From Alphaproteobacteria bacterium (GTDB lineage: Bacteria; Pseudomonadota; Alphaproteobacteria; MPNO01; UBA830): a DNA stretch of 64,000 nt. The translations under genes and the position numbers were made by a program. Positions 27,385 to 38,590 of this stretch are shown piece after piece. Location: contig OZ251539.1 in the NCBI GenBank assembly GCA_965243135.1, positions 1,504,001 through 1,568,000 on the forward strand, written 5' to 3'. How positions within the stretch are numbered: the stretch's first letter is position 1; each line of letters begins with the position of its first letter. A model generated the notes under the pieces. That model was not told the DNA's origin, did not search any database, and saw nothing but the letters and a program-made list of their open reading frames with translations.

Positions 27385-27501
27385 GGCGAGCGGCTTCTCG
27401 AACCTTTCGCAGGAGACGCGCATCTTAGCGGAAGCGACTCGCCGATGTCCATATTGCGGGGCGCGCGCCGGCTTTGTCGGTTGCCGACCGCTCCTCGCCG
27501 C

Positions 27502-27538
27502 TTGACTTGAGCGGAAAGGCCGCATTGTATGCATGCGA
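27502..27538 (+). promoter_or_regulatory. Candidate promoter/operator of the nicotinate dehydrogenase operon
   Basis: TTGACT (27502-27507), 17 bp, TTGTAT; imperfect palindrome TTGTATGCATGCGA at 27525-27538. Confidence 0.3.
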
Positions 27539-27558
27539 ACGATCTGGATCGGGCGGCA

Positions 27559-28419
27559 ATGTCATCCTACCTGAGACCCGAGAGTCTCGACGAGGCGTTG
27601 CGGGCGCTGGCCGACGGCGGCTACGCGATAATCGCCGGCGGGACCGACTTCTACCCGGCCAGGGTGGGCCGCGCGATTCGAGAAGACGTGCTGGACGTCA
27701 CCGCGATTCCGAACTTGCGGGGCATCGAGGATTGCGGAGATAGTTACCGCATCGGCGCGCTGACGACCTGGAGCGACGTGCTTCGCGCCGATTTGCCGGA
27801 CTGGTTCCGAGCGCTCCGGCTCGCGGCCCGTGAAGTCGGCGGAGTTCAGGTGCAGAATGCCGGAACGATCGTCGGCAACATATGCAACGCTTCGCCCGCC
27901 GCCGACGGCGCGCCGTGCCTGATGGCCATGGACGCGGCGGTCGAGCTTGCCTCGATCTCCGGCGAACGCGAGGTGCCGGTCGCCGGATTCGTTGCGGGCA
28001 ACCGGAAGACGGTTCGAAAGCCAGACGAAATGGTGATCGCCCTGCGCGTTCCGAAAGCCCGGCCTCGCGCTTCGAGCGTATTTCTGAAACTCGGCGCGCG
28101 CAGGTATCTGGTAATTTCGATCGTCATGGCGGCGGCCGTCCTGGAAACGGCTTCCGACGGCACCGTCGATCGGATGCGCATTGCAGTGGGCTCCTGTTCG
28201 GAGACCGCATGCCGGCTGCCGGATCTGGAGTCGGCTCTCGCGGGCCGGCCCGTCGACGCGGCGCTTGCCGACCGCGTCGCGACGGATTCGCTCGCGCCGC
28301 TGGCGCCGATCGACGACATGCGCGGCACCGCCGCGTACAGGATGGAGGCCGCGCTGACCATGGTGCGCCGCGCCGTCTCCGAGCTCGGAGGGCATGCATG
28401 CCAATCTCTTTCACGCTGA
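27559..28419 (+). CDS. Xanthine dehydrogenase family FAD-binding subunit (nicotinate dehydrogenase NdhF-like)
   Basis: IAGGTD, QVQNAGTIVGNICNASPAAD, PIDDMRGTAAYR. Confidence 0.88.
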   Translation: MSSYLRPESLDEALRALADGGYAIIAGGTDFYPARVGRAIREDVLDVTAIPNLRGIEDCGDSYRIGALTTWSDVLRADLPDWFRALRLAAREVGGVQVQNAGTIVGNICNASPAADGAPCLMAMDAAVELASISGEREVPVAGFVAGNRKTVRKPDEMVIALRVPKARPRASSVFLKLGARRYLVISIVMAAAVLETASDGTVDRMRIAVGSCSETACRLPDLESALAGRPVDAALADRVATDSLAPLAPIDDMRGTAAYRMEAALTMVRRAVSELGGHACQSLSR

Positions 28420-31148
28420 ACGGCGGCGCGGTTTCCGTCGAGTCCTCGCCGATCGTTCGGCTGGCCGAGGCGCTTCGCGGCGAACTGGGGCTGACCGGCA
28501 CGAAGGTGGGATGCGACGCGGGCGACTGCGGAGCCTGCACGGTGCTCGTCGACGGAGAGCAGTTCTGCTCCTGCATGGTTCCCGTCGCTCAGGTGGAGGG
28601 ACGCGAGGTCACCACCGTGGAAGGACTAGCGGCCAGGGACGGGCGCTTGTCGGCTATCCAGGAGGCGTTTCACCGCAACGGAGCGGCGCAGTGCGGCATT
28701 TGCACGCCCGGCATGCTGATGTCGGCGGCGGCGCTGCTCCGCAGCAATCCGCGGCCCGGAGAAGACGAGGTTCTCGACGCGATGGGCGGCGTGCTGTGCC
28801 GGTGCACGGGCTACCGCAAGATCGTCGACGCGGTGATGGACGCGGTCGCGCCGACGGATTCCGGGGGCGTCGAGCCCGAGGCGGGCGAGGCGATGGGCGC
28901 GCGCGCGCTCAAGACCGACGGAGTGCGCAAGGTCGACGGCAGCGAAATGTACGGCGCCGACCTGGCGCCGGAAGATGCGCTCTGGGTGCGAGTGGTGCGG
29001 TCGCCCCATGCCAGCGCGACCTTTTCGCTGGGTTCGCTGAAAGCTTTGCATGCCGCCCATCCCGGTCTCGTCAGGGTTCTTACCGCCGCCGACGTGCCCG
29101 GCAACAACGGCTTCGGCGTTTACCCGACGGTCAAGGACCAGCCTGCGTTCGCCGACGGCGAAGTGCGGTTTCGGGGGGAAGCGGTGGCGGCGTTGGTCGG
29201 AGACTACGCGACCGTCTTCGGCATTCGGGACGAGGAGGTGCCGATCGAGTACGCCGCGCGCGACCCGGTGCACGGCATCGACGCCGCCCTGGCCCCGGAC
29301 GCGCCTCGAATTCACGACGGCTATCCCGGCAACGTCTTCGCGCGCGGCCTGGTCCGAAAGGGCGACGCCGAGGCGGCTCTGGCGTCGGCCGACGTCGTCG
29401 TCGAGGACAGTTTCGAAACCGGTTTCGTCGAACACGCCTATATCGAGCCCGAGGCGGGATGGGCGCGTCGCGTCGGCGACCGTCTGGAGATAACCGTTAC
29501 GACCCAATCCCCGTACATGGATCGCGACGAGATGGCGCAGATCATCGGCATTCCGCCGGAGAGCGTGCGCATCGTTCCCACCGCCTGCGGCGGCGGTTTC
29601 GGCGGCAAGCTCGATCTCGGCGTGCAGATTCCGGTCGGCCTCGCGGCGTGGCTGCTCGACCGGCCGGTGCGCGGCGTCTGGAACCGCCCGGAATCGATGG
29701 CGGCGACGACCAAGCGCCACCCGTCGCGCATCACCGGACGCTACGGCTGCACGCGCGACGGCGACCTCGTCGCCTACCGGATGACCGGGGACTTCGACAC
29801 CGGCGCCTACGTCTCCTGGGGGATGACGGTGAAGGACCGGGTTCCGGTCCACGCGACGGGGCCTTATTTCGTGCCGCATGTCGACGCGAGGTCCCGCGCG
29901 GTCTTCACGAACGGCGCGCCCGCCGGGGCGTTCCGCGGCTTCGGCGTTCCGCAGGCGGCGATCGCCCACGAGGCGCTGATGGACGCGATGGCCGAAAAGA
30001 TCGGCATGGATCCTCTGGAGTTCAGGTTGCGCAACGCCATTCGAAAGGGCCAGCGTACCGCGACCGGGCAAGCGCTCGAACACAGCGCGGGGCTCGACCA
30101 GTGCCTCGAAGCCTTGCGCGATCGGTGGCGGTCGGCGCGAGCGGCCGCCGAGAAGTTCAACGCCGGAAGCGACGGCGTCCGGCGCCGGGGCGCGGGCGTC
30201 GGGTGCATGTGGTACGGCTGCGGCAATACCTCGATGAGCAATCCTTCGACCATGCAGATGGGAGTGGCGCCGGACGGAACGGTGACGCTCTACTCGGGCG
30301 CCCAGGACATCGGCCAGGGCACCAACACGACGATGGTGCAGGTGGCGGCCGACGCGCTCGGGATTCGCATGAGCGCGATACGGCTCGTCTGGGGAGACAC
30401 CGACCTGACCGCCGACGCGGGCAAGAGTTCGGCGTCCCGTCAGGCTTACGTGTCGGGCAAGGCGGCGATGCTCGCGGGCGAAAGCCTGAGGGCTCAGATC
30501 CTGCGGCTCGCCAACGTCGGCGAAGGCGCCTCGTTCGAATTCGAGTCCGGTTCGCTGATCGTTCGCGACGGCGACGCCGCGCGCGTCATCGATCTTTCCG
30601 CGATGCCCGCCGACAAGCCGCGCGGCAACGTGCTGTTCGGCGAGGCGACGTTCGACCCCCCGACCACGCCGCTCGACGAGATGGGGCAGGGGAGCCCCTA
30701 CGGCACGTACGCTTTCGGGGCGCAGGTGGCGGAGGTGGAGGTCGACACGGAACTCGGGACGGTCAAGGCGCTTCGCGCGTGGGCGGCCCACGACGTGGGC
30801 GCCGCCATCAACCCGATGCAGGTGGAGGGGCAAATCCACGGAGGAGTCGCCCAGGGGCTTGGCTTCGCCCTCATGGAGGAATACGTCCCCGGGCGCACCG
30901 AGAACCTGCACGATTACCTGATCCCGACGGTCGGGGACGTGCCTCCCATCGAGGTGTTGACGATCGAGGATCGCGAACCGACCGGGCCCTACGGGGCCAA
31001 GGGCATCGGGGAACCGGCGCTCATTCCCACGGCGCCGGCGATCTTCGGCGCGATCCGCCACGCGACGGGGGCGCGAATCAAACGCGCGCCTGCGACGCCC
31101 GACCGCGTCCGCTCCGCCATTCTGGCGGCCGGAGGGGAAAGGCCGTGA
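28398..31148 (+). CDS. Fused [2Fe-2S] + molybdopterin-binding subunit, probable nicotinate dehydrogenase
   Basis: GTKVGCDAGDCGACT, QCGICTPG, LCRCTGY, GGGFGGK, AFRGFGVPQ, GAKGIGE; directly upstream of hnr. Confidence 0.88.
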   Translation: MPISFTLNGGAVSVESSPIVRLAEALRGELGLTGTKVGCDAGDCGACTVLVDGEQFCSCMVPVAQVEGREVTTVEGLAARDGRLSAIQEAFHRNGAAQCGICTPGMLMSAAALLRSNPRPGEDEVLDAMGGVLCRCTGYRKIVDAVMDAVAPTDSGGVEPEAGEAMGARALKTDGVRKVDGSEMYGADLAPEDALWVRVVRSPHASATFSLGSLKALHAAHPGLVRVLTAADVPGNNGFGVYPTVKDQPAFADGEVRFRGEAVAALVGDYATVFGIRDEEVPIEYAARDPVHGIDAALAPDAPRIHDGYPGNVFARGLVRKGDAEAALASADVVVEDSFETGFVEHAYIEPEAGWARRVGDRLEITVTTQSPYMDRDEMAQIIGIPPESVRIVPTACGGGFGGKLDLGVQIPVGLAAWLLDRPVRGVWNRPESMAATTKRHPSRITGRYGCTRDGDLVAYRMTGDFDTGAYVSWGMTVKDRVPVHATGPYFVPHVDARSRAVFTNGAPAGAFRGFGVPQAAIAHEALMDAMAEKIGMDPLEFRLRNAIRKGQRTATGQALEHSAGLDQCLEALRDRWRSARAAAEKFNAGSDGVRRRGAGVGCMWYGCGNTSMSNPSTMQMGVAPDGTVTLYSGAQDIGQGTNTTMVQVAADALGIRMSAIRLVWGDTDLTADAGKSSASRQAYVSGKAAMLAGESLRAQILRLANVGEGASFEFESGSLIVRDGDAARVIDLSAMPADKPRGNVLFGEATFDPPTTPLDEMGQGSPYGTYAFGAQVAEVEVDTELGTVKALRAWAAHDVGAAINPMQVEGQIHGGVAQGLGFALMEEYVPGRTENLHDYLIPTVGDVPPIEVLTIEDREPTGPYGAKGIGEPALIPTAPAIFGAIRHATGARIKRAPATPDRVRSAILAAGGERP

Positions 31149-32599
31149 GCGCCGACGTCGTCACTTGCGACGCCTGCCCGGTGCTGTGCCGCATCCGCGA
31201 GGGCAAGACGGGCGCCTGCAGCCGCTACGGAAACGAGAACGGCGTTCTGACCCGCATGGATCCGCTCGTCGTGACCCAGCGGGTCGCGGACGAGAACGGC
31301 GAACTGGTGCCGTTTCTGCCGGCTTCGGAGGATCCGGACGGCGCGCTGAATTTCGAACGGCCGTCCTTCGTGACCGGCATCGGCGCGACCACGACCTATC
31401 CGGATTACAAGCCGGCGCCGTTCATCGTTTCCTCCGAGCACGCCGGCGTCGACATGGTGACCGTCGTATCCGAGGGAATCTTCAGCTATTGCGGGGTCAA
31501 GATCAAGATCGACACCGACCGCTACATCGGGCCCGAACCCGCTCCGGTGCGGGTGGACGGCGAGCAGATCGGCCACGTGACCACGGCCGAATACGGCTCG
31601 CAGATGCTGGCGCTCGGCGGGGTGCGGCACCTCACCGGCGGCAGCAAGAAGGAAGGCAACGTCACCTGTCAGGCCATGCTGGCGCTGTGCAACGGGCAAC
31701 CGGTCGAGATGACCGTGGACGACGGCGCCGCGCTGACGGTCGAGGCCGGCAAGCCGCCGGTCATAGACGGCGAGCGGGAGGAGCGCATGCGCGTGGGCTG
31801 CGGTTCGGCGACCATCGGGATCTTCGCCCTGCAGTGGCACGGCCACGTGGACGAGGTGATCGTGGTCGACGACCACATCACCGGCGTTCTGACCGAGCAT
31901 CAGTCGGGAAAATTTCTCGACATGCCGCCGACAGGCATTCGCGTGGCGGGCCGCCGGTCGACGCCGGGGCGGTATTTTCAGGTCGCCGAACCGGGCGGCG
32001 GGTGGGGCGGCACCGACATCACCGATCCGCTGTCCGTCATCGAAAAAATCGATCCGAAGACGGCGTGGCCCGGCCTTCGTCTGTTGATGGTGAGCACGAC
32101 GGGCGAGGATCACGCCTATTTCGTCCTCGACGACGGCCTGCGGCCGACGCCTGCGGACATGCCGGAGGAGCTTCGCGTTTCCGTCGACCGCATAGGCGAG
32201 AATTGCGAGCCGGCCTTGAGCTCGGTGATGTTCATGGCCGGCGCGGGCGGTTCCCTGCGCGCCGGAGTTACCGTCAACCCGGTGCGGCTGACCCGGTCCG
32301 TTAGAGGGCAGAGGACCCGCGTCACTTGCGGCGGCGCGCCTGTCTACGTCTGGCCCGGCGGCGGCATCACCGTCCTGGTCGACGTCGTCAGAATGCCGGA
32401 GAACTCCTTCGGATACGTTCCGACGCCGGCGCTGGTCGCGCCCATCGAGTTCACCATGCCGCGCGAGGAATACGTGGCGTTGGGGGGGTACGAGAACCGC
32501 ATCCGCGCGCTGCAGGAGGCGCTGCGGCCGGGAGACCTGCACGGCGTGCGTTCGGTCGCCTGGACCGGCGACAACCCATGGCCGCTGGAGGAAGCGTAA
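31145..32599 (+). CDS. hnr: 6-hydroxynicotinate reductase
   Basis: [10 protein letters not shown]...[58 protein letters not shown]; GTGA overlap with the upstream stop. Confidence 0.82.
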   Translation: MSADVVTCDACPVLCRIREGKTGACSRYGNENGVLTRMDPLVVTQRVADENGELVPFLPASEDPDGALNFERPSFVTGIGATTTYPDYKPAPFIVSSEHAGVDMVTVVSEGIFSYCGVKIKIDTDRYIGPEPAPVRVDGEQIGHVTTAEYGSQMLALGGVRHLTGGSKKEGNVTCQAMLALCNGQPVEMTVDDGAALTVEAGKPPVIDGEREERMRVGCGSATIGIFALQWHGHVDEVIVVDDHITGVLTEHQSGKFLDMPPTGIRVAGRRSTPGRYFQVAEPGGGWGGTDITDPLSVIEKIDPKTAWPGLRLLMVSTTGEDHAYFVLDDGLRPTPADMPEELRVSVDRIGENCEPALSSVMFMAGAGGSLRAGVTVNPVRLTRSVRGQRTRVTCGGAPVYVWPGGGITVLVDVVRMPENSFGYVPTPALVAPIEFTMPREEYVALGGYENRIRALQEALRPGDLHGVRSVAWTGDNPWPLEEA

Positions 32600-32840
32600 G
32601 CTCTCGTCGCCGAGGTCGCTCGGCGTCCGGGCGGCGGCGGACCCGCGAAAATGTCGGCCCCGGAATGTCCGCGGGCTTTCGCGCTCGAAGCGAAGAAATT
32701 CGCAGCTTCGAGATCCTTCGCGTTTCAGGACGCCAGGGACGGTGCAAGAGCGTTCGAATCTTGACGTCCTCTCGTTTCGGGTTTCCTTTTCGAACGCTCC
32801 GCGGCGCGCTATAGTCACGGCGGAGCCGCTTGGAAAAACG

Positions 32841-33851
32841 ATGGAAGAACGAACCGTCGCGCAACCTCTCGTCGATCCGTACGACCGGCGCATCACCTAC
32901 CTCCGGGTGTCGGTGACGGATCGCTGCGACTTTCGTTGCGCGTACTGCATGTCGGAGAACATGACGTTTCTGCCGAAGGCCGACGTGCTCAGCCTCGAGG
33001 AGCTCGACCGCCTGTGCGGCGCCTTCGTGGCGCGCGGCGTGCGCAAGCTCCGCCTGACCGGCGGCGAGCCGCTGGTGCGCCGCGACATCATGCGGCTGTT
33101 CCGGCGCCTGGGCCGCCATCTCGCCGACGGCTCTCTGGACGAACTGACGTTGACGACCAACGGCAGCCAGCTCGACCGCTACGCCGGGGAGTTGTTCGAC
33201 GCCGGCGTGCGCCGGGTCAACGTTTCGCTGGACACGCTGGACGCCGGCAAGTTCGCGCGCATCACGCGGTGGGGGAGGCTGGACCGCGTTCTCCGCGGGG
33301 TGGACGCGGCGGCGGCGGCGGGGCTTGGCGTCAAGATCAACGCGGTGGCGCTCAGGGGCGTCAACGACGACGAGGCGCACGATCTCGTCGCGTGGTGCGG
33401 CGAGCGGGGGTTCGACCTCACGTTCATCGAGGTGATGCCGCTCGGCGAGATCGGCGGCGAGGCGCGGCTCGACCAGTACTGGCCGGTCTCCATGGTGCGC
33501 GCCGAACTGAAGAAGCGGTGGACGCTGGAGGAAACAGGTTATTCGACCGGCGGTCCGGCGCGCTATTTCCGGGTTGCGGAAACCGGCGGCCGGGTCGGCT
33601 TCATCACGCCCCTCACCCATAACTTCTGCGAGGCGTGCAATCGCGTGCGGCTGACCTGCACCGGGACGCTGTACATGTGCCTCGGCCAGGAGGACGCCGC
33701 CGATCTGAGGACGGTTCTGCGGACCGGCGGCGACCTCGACAGGGCGATCGACGAAGCCGTCGGGCGCAAGCCGAAAGGGCACGACTTCGTGATCGACCGG
33801 CGCCGGACGTCTCCTTCGGTCTCCCGGCACATGAGCGTCACCGGAGGCTGA
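32841..33851 (+). CDS. moaA: GTP 3',8-cyclase (molybdenum cofactor biosynthesis)
   Basis: [32 protein letters not shown]-terminal MSVTGG. Confidence 0.95.
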   Translation: MEERTVAQPLVDPYDRRITYLRVSVTDRCDFRCAYCMSENMTFLPKADVLSLEELDRLCGAFVARGVRKLRLTGGEPLVRRDIMRLFRRLGRHLADGSLDELTLTTNGSQLDRYAGELFDAGVRRVNVSLDTLDAGKFARITRWGRLDRVLRGVDAAAAAGLGVKINAVALRGVNDDEAHDLVAWCGERGFDLTFIEVMPLGEIGGEARLDQYWPVSMVRAELKKRWTLEETGYSTGGPARYFRVAETGGRVGFITPLTHNFCEACNRVRLTCTGTLYMCLGQEDAADLRTVLRTGGDLDRAIDEAVGRKPKGHDFVIDRRRTSPSVSRHMSVTGG

Positions 33852-34089
33852 ACCGGGCGGCCGAGCCGCGCAGCGAACCGCGGAAATTTCTTTCCGTCGA
33901 CTCGACTTCGAGGCTGTCGAACGCTTGGAAGTTGACACGGGAGGCCAAATCGATGATTCCCGCATTGAAGCGCTGCGGCGTGAACTTGGCCAAGCCCTGA
34001 AAATCAGCCGCTTTCAGACTTCCCGGCAATGTCGGGTTTGCGCCGGTGCCGGGTATCCGGGCGGAAACGCGGTCGCGACGGAGGAAAAG

Positions 34090-34713
34090 ATGGACGATGC
34101 GGGAACGGCGCGGCAGCCGCACGGGGATTTCGGCGAACTCGTCAAGGTTCGCAAGTTCGTCACGTATGTCGAAGAGGTGCTGCACGAGTTCGGACCGCCG
34201 CCGGAGACTCCGCAGCTCAAGGGCTATGTCGCCGCCGTGACCCGCAACCCCTACGCCGGACGCTATGTCGAAGACATACTTCCTCTCATGGATCAACTCA
34301 GGCCGATGGGCACCGAGATGGCGCGGAGGCTGATGGCGGCGCTCGGCGGCGCGGACCGGATCGCGGCCTACGGCAAGGCGGCCATCGTCGGGGAGAACGG
34401 CGAGCTCGAACATGCGGCCCTGTGGCACGATCCCGGTGGATACGGCATGCGCCAGCTGATGGAGAAATCCGCTGCGATCGTGCCGTCGACGAAAAAAGTG
34501 GGCGGTCCCGGCTGCGGGATCGACGTGCCCATCGCCCATGCCAACGCAGCTTATGTCCGCTCGCATTTCGATACGGTCGTGTGCAGCGTCAACGATGCGC
34601 CGCGCGCGGACGAGATCGTCTGGATTCAGTCGATGGCGACCGGGCCCCGCGTCCATGCGCGCGCCGGCGGGCTGCGGCACGAAGAGGCGGTCGGCAAGGA
34701 CGGATTGCGGTAG
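34090..34713 (+). CDS. Amino acid synthesis family protein (DUF1185)
   Basis: NPYAGRY, YGKAAIVGENGELEH, YVRSHFD, DAPRADE. Confidence 0.85.
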   Translation: MDDAGTARQPHGDFGELVKVRKFVTYVEEVLHEFGPPPETPQLKGYVAAVTRNPYAGRYVEDILPLMDQLRPMGTEMARRLMAALGGADRIAAYGKAAIVGENGELEHAALWHDPGGYGMRQLMEKSAAIVPSTKKVGGPGCGIDVPIAHANAAYVRSHFDTVVCSVNDAPRADEIVWIQSMATGPRVHARAGGLRHEEAVGKDGLR

Positions 34714-34738
34714 CGCGCGGCGGGGAAGGGGGCTCCCG

Positions 34739-37060
34739 TCAGCATCCGACGCGCAGCGCCTGCCAGATCCGGTGGGGCGTCGCCGGAATCCCGAGTTCGC
34801 GACCGCCGTTCCCGTCGAGCGCGTCCATAACGGCGTTGTAGACGGCGGGCAAGGATCCGCCGTTTCCCGCTTCGCCGCACCCCTTCACGCCGAGCGGATT
34901 CGTTCTGCACGGGATCGGCCGCGTCGAGAAGTCGATGTGCGAGACTTCGTCGGCGCGCGGCATGGCGTAGTCCATGTACGTGCCGGTCAGCAGCTGTCCT
35001 TCTTCGTCGTAAACCGTGTCTTCGCCGATGACCTGACCGACGCCTTGCATGATTCCTCCATGCACCTGGCCTTCGACGATCGGCGGATTGATCATGACGC
35101 CGAAATCGTCGACCACGGTGTAGCGATCGATGCGGGCCCAGCCCGTGTCGGGGTCGATTTCGACCTCGGCGACATGGCATCCGTTGGGAAAGCTCGACGG
35201 GTGGGTGTCGTGACGCACCTTCGCCGAAAGCGACGAGGGCAGGCTTTCCGGGAGATCGGCGGCGCGCGCGCGGGCCGCAAGCGCCATGACGTCGATGCGC
35301 CGGTCGGTCCCCGCGACGGAGAACGCGCCGTCCGCGAACTCGATGTCCTCGACGGCCGCCTCCAGGACGTGGCCCGCGAGCTTCTTTCCGTTGTCGATGA
35401 TGGCGTCGCTGCATTCGACGATGGCGCCTCCGGTCGCGATGATGGAGCGCGACCCGCCCGACCCGCCGGCCCCGGCGCTCATTTGGTCCGAGTCGTGCTG
35501 AACGATTCGGATGCGTTCGAAGGGCACGCCGAGGCGCGACGCGATCACCTGAGCGAACGGCGTCGCGTGGCCCATCCCGAAATCCTTCGTTCCGGTCACC
35601 AGAGTCACCGTCCCGTCGTCCTCGAAACGGATGTCGGCGAGTTCGGTGCCCGGCGGCGCGGTGTTTTCGAGATAGGGAACGATGCCGATTCCCCGCAGCA
35701 TGCCCGCGTCCGCGGAGGCCCGCTTGCGCGCCTCGTATCCGGCGTAATCCGCGCGTTCGAGGGCTTCGTCCATCAGCGCCTCGAATTCCCCCGAATCGTA
35801 GGTCAGGCCGACCGGAGTTTCATGCGGCATCATGTCGGGAGCGATCATGTTGCGGCGGCGCAGCTCGATCCGGTCGCGGCCCGTTTCCGCGGCGGCCTTG
35901 TCGATCAGCCGTTCAAGGAAAAACTTGCTTTCCGGCCGCCCCGCGCCGCGATAGGGCCCCGTCGGCACGGTATTGGTGAACACGCATCGCACGTTGTAGG
36001 AGATCGCCGGGGTCTTGTAGACGCTGATGATGTTGCGGCTGGTGACGGTGGTGGCCGGCAGCGCGCCCATGGCGGTCACGTAGGCGCCGAGGTCGCCTAC
36101 GCCGTCGACGCGCAGCGCAAGAAAGTTGCCGTCGGCGTCGAGACCGAGCTCCAGTTCCAACGCGCTTGCGCGACCTGGATGATCGGACAGGAAGCTTTCC
36201 GATCGGTCGGCGGTCCATTTGACCGGGCGGCCCAGGCGGCGGGCGGCGTAGAGCAGGGCGACGGACTCGTTGTAAGTGGCTCCCTTCATGCCGAAGGAGC
36301 CGCCGACCTCGCGGGAAACGACGCGCATCCTGTCGCCGCCCACGCCGAAAATGTTGGCCATGGCGTTCCGGTATCCGGTGACGCCTTGCGTGCCGACCGT
36401 AAGCGTGAACCCGTCGTCGCGGTATTCGGCGACAGCGGCGCGAGGTTCCATGGCGTTGACGGAGATCTTGGTATTGGTGAGAGCGAGGCGGGTGACGTGG
36501 TCCGCCTCCGCGAACGCCTTTCGGACGGCCTCCTCGTCGCCCAGGTGGAAGTCAAGGCAGACATTGTCAGGCGCATCGCGCCAGACCGGCGATGCGCCGT
36601 CCTGCGCCGCGGCCACCGCGTCGCTCACGGCCGGCCGGGCTTCGATCTCGAGAACGACGCGCTCCGCCGCATTCCGCGCCTGCTCGAACGTTTCGGCGAC
36701 GACCATCGCGACCGGATCTCCCGCATATTTGACCTGATCGACCGCAAGCGCCGGGCGGGACGGCACGATCGCATCCGATCCGTCCCGGTTCTTGATCGCG
36801 ACAGCGCAAGGGATGTCCCGGATTCCGTCCCGCCGCAGATCTTCGCCGGTGCAAACGGCGAGGACGCCCGGCGCGGCGACAGCCTCGGCGGCATCCAGAG
36901 CGGCGATGCGACCGTGCGCAACTTGCGATCGCAGGAAGAAGGCATGGCATTGTCCATGGGCGCTGTAGTCGTCGGCATATCTGCCGCGTCCGGTGAGAAG
37001 CTTGGGATCATCGGTGCGGGGCACGGGCTGGCCGATGCCGAATTTGACGGGCGCGGGCAT
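34739..37060 (-). CDS. Xanthine dehydrogenase family molybdopterin subunit (CoxL form II-like)
   Basis: GGSFGMK, PYRGAGRPE, GQVHGG, GVKGCGEAG. Confidence 0.88.
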   Translation of the reverse strand: MPAPVKFGIGQPVPRTDDPKLLTGRGRYADDYSAHGQCHAFFLRSQVAHGRIAALDAAEAVAAPGVLAVCTGEDLRRDGIRDIPCAVAIKNRDGSDAIVPSRPALAVDQVKYAGDPVAMVVAETFEQARNAAERVVLEIEARPAVSDAVAAAQDGASPVWRDAPDNVCLDFHLGDEEAVRKAFAEADHVTRLALTNTKISVNAMEPRAAVAEYRDDGFTLTVGTQGVTGYRNAMANIFGVGGDRMRVVSREVGGSFGMKGATYNESVALLYAARRLGRPVKWTADRSESFLSDHPGRASALELELGLDADGNFLALRVDGVGDLGAYVTAMGALPATTVTSRNIISVYKTPAISYNVRCVFTNTVPTGPYRGAGRPESKFFLERLIDKAAAETGRDRIELRRRNMIAPDMMPHETPVGLTYDSGEFEALMDEALERADYAGYEARKRASADAGMLRGIGIVPYLENTAPPGTELADIRFEDDGTVTLVTGTKDFGMGHATPFAQVIASRLGVPFERIRIVQHDSDQMSAGAGGSGGSRSIIATGGAIVECSDAIIDNGKKLAGHVLEAAVEDIEFADGAFSVAGTDRRIDVMALAARARAADLPESLPSSLSAKVRHDTHPSSFPNGCHVAEVEIDPDTGWARIDRYTVVDDFGVMINPPIVEGQVHGGIMQGVGQVIGEDTVYDEEGQLLTGTYMDYAMPRADEVSHIDFSTRPIPCRTNPLGVKGCGEAGNGGSLPAVYNAVMDALDGNGGRELGIPATPHRIWQALRVGC

Positions 37061-37584
37061 TGGGCGTTCGCTTTCAGGATTGTGGCGTAGGGAATTCGCA
37101 AATCTAAGGCGTTTTGCCTTGCCGCGAAACCGGGCCCGGAAGGCGAGGCGTTTGCGCGCCGTCGCGGCAATACCGGCCGAGGCGGCGGATTCCGGCGGAA
37201 GGCATGGCGCGCCGCCGCCGGCGGACGAGCGATGCGCGTCGGCCTCCCGGTCCGGCACCGCCGTCCTTTCGACTGCCCACGGTGCTTCCCTTTCCAGGTT
37301 TTTGCCCGGCGCGGCCGTTTCCCGCGAGGGCGGAGTGCGGCGCAGCTTGGGGCGGCATCTGCGGAAACGCGAGGCGCCCCGCAGTCTTCCGCGTCCGTCG
37401 CAAGTTCGGCGGCAGCGTTCCGTTCTGCAAAAGCGTCGTTGACGAGGCTGGCCGAAAGCGGCGGTTTGCCGCCGCCGAAACGGGTCGCCGCCGCGAGTTT
37501 TGCGCCGAACTTGACAACGCGGCACGGCGAAACGACGATTCCGGCAGGTTGCGGTCGGCGCATGGAGCAAGGCGGAGGCGACAG

Positions 37585-38169
37585 ATGAACGCGAAAATCC
37601 GGAAGACTTCGATCATCGTCGAGGAGACGAGAAAGGATCTTGGAAGAGCGGTCGATCCTCCGACGCGAAAGGCCGCCGCGGTCGCGGTGATCGAGAATCC
37701 GTGCGCGGGCCGATACGAGGAGGATCTAAGCGAATTGATGGATATCGGCGCCGAGTTGGGCGCGTTGCTCGGCGAGATGTGCATCGACGCGCTCGGAATT
37801 CGCCCTGCGGACGCGCACAGTTACGGCAAGGCCGCGATCGTGGGCGAGAACGGCGAATGGGAGCATGCGGCCGCGGTTCTTCATCCCAAGCTCGGCGCGC
37901 CCCTTCGAAAAGCGGTCGAGAAGGGGGCGGCGCTGGTGCCTTCGGCCAAAAAGCTCGGCGGTCCCGGCACCTCGATAGACGTTCCGCTCGGCCACAAGGA
38001 CGCCGCTTATGTCCGCAGCCATTTCGATGGAATGGAGGTGCGCATGGCTGATGCGCCGCGAGCCGACGAAATGCTGGTCGCAATTTGCGTGACGGATTCG
38101 GGGCGGCCGTTCGCGCGGGTGGGCGGCCTTTCCGTCGCCGAAATCAAGGGCGAGGACGGATTGAGATAG
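37585..38169 (+). CDS. Amino acid synthesis family protein (DUF1185), second paralog
   Basis: NPCAGRY, YGKAAIVGENGEWEH, LGHKDAAYVRSHFD, GEDGLR; RBS GGAGG. Confidence 0.87.
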   Translation: MNAKIRKTSIIVEETRKDLGRAVDPPTRKAAAVAVIENPCAGRYEEDLSELMDIGAELGALLGEMCIDALGIRPADAHSYGKAAIVGENGEWEHAAAVLHPKLGAPLRKAVEKGAALVPSAKKLGGPGTSIDVPLGHKDAAYVRSHFDGMEVRMADAPRADEMLVAICVTDSGRPFARVGGLSVAEIKGEDGLR

Positions 38170-38555
38170 CGCGCGCCTCGCCGATGCTGGGCGACGGACG
38201 CCGACTTGGGCGTCCGGAGATAATTTAAGGTTCGCCTTTCCGTCCGCGCGCTGCGTTCCGGGCATGGGTTGAAACAGCGGGCGGAGAGTTTCCCCGCCTC
38301 CGGCGCGGAAAACCGCGGGGGACCGCAGATTCCGCCCCGGGATCGTCCGTCCGGACGCCGCCCCTTCGGCATACGGCCGCGCCGGGCCAAACCCGACGAG
38401 AAATACGCGCCGTAGAAGATTGAGTAAACATCGATGCCGGGGAGGGCATGCATGTCGCTCGTTCGCCGCAACGATGCGTCGAGCCTTCCGGGAAGATCCG
38501 TTGCTCTGGCGGGAATTGCCGAGGCGCAGCGCGAACGTCGCGCGTTCACCGCTCC

Positions 38556-38590
38556 TTGACCGCTCCGGTACGGCGGCTTACCCTCTTCAG
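38556..38590 (+). promoter_or_regulatory. Putative promoter giving a leaderless mRNA for the AAA/nuclease gene
   Basis: TTGACC (38556-38561), 17 bp, TACCCT (38579-38584), ATG 6 nt later, no SD sequence. Confidence 0.45.

Noticed and set aside
28394-32599. 1401-aa ORF and other very long overlapping ORFs (e.g. 46310-50158, 34538-37090, 14729-17107)
   Set aside because: They are Arg/Gly/Ala-rich shadow frames of GC-rich genes. Only the 3' portions of 28394-32599 (hnr) and 46310-50158 (CoA ligase) look real.
34739-37060. True aerobic CO dehydrogenase
   Set aside because: The active-site loop is PYRGAGR, not the form I AYxCSFR, and no coxMS genes are adjacent.
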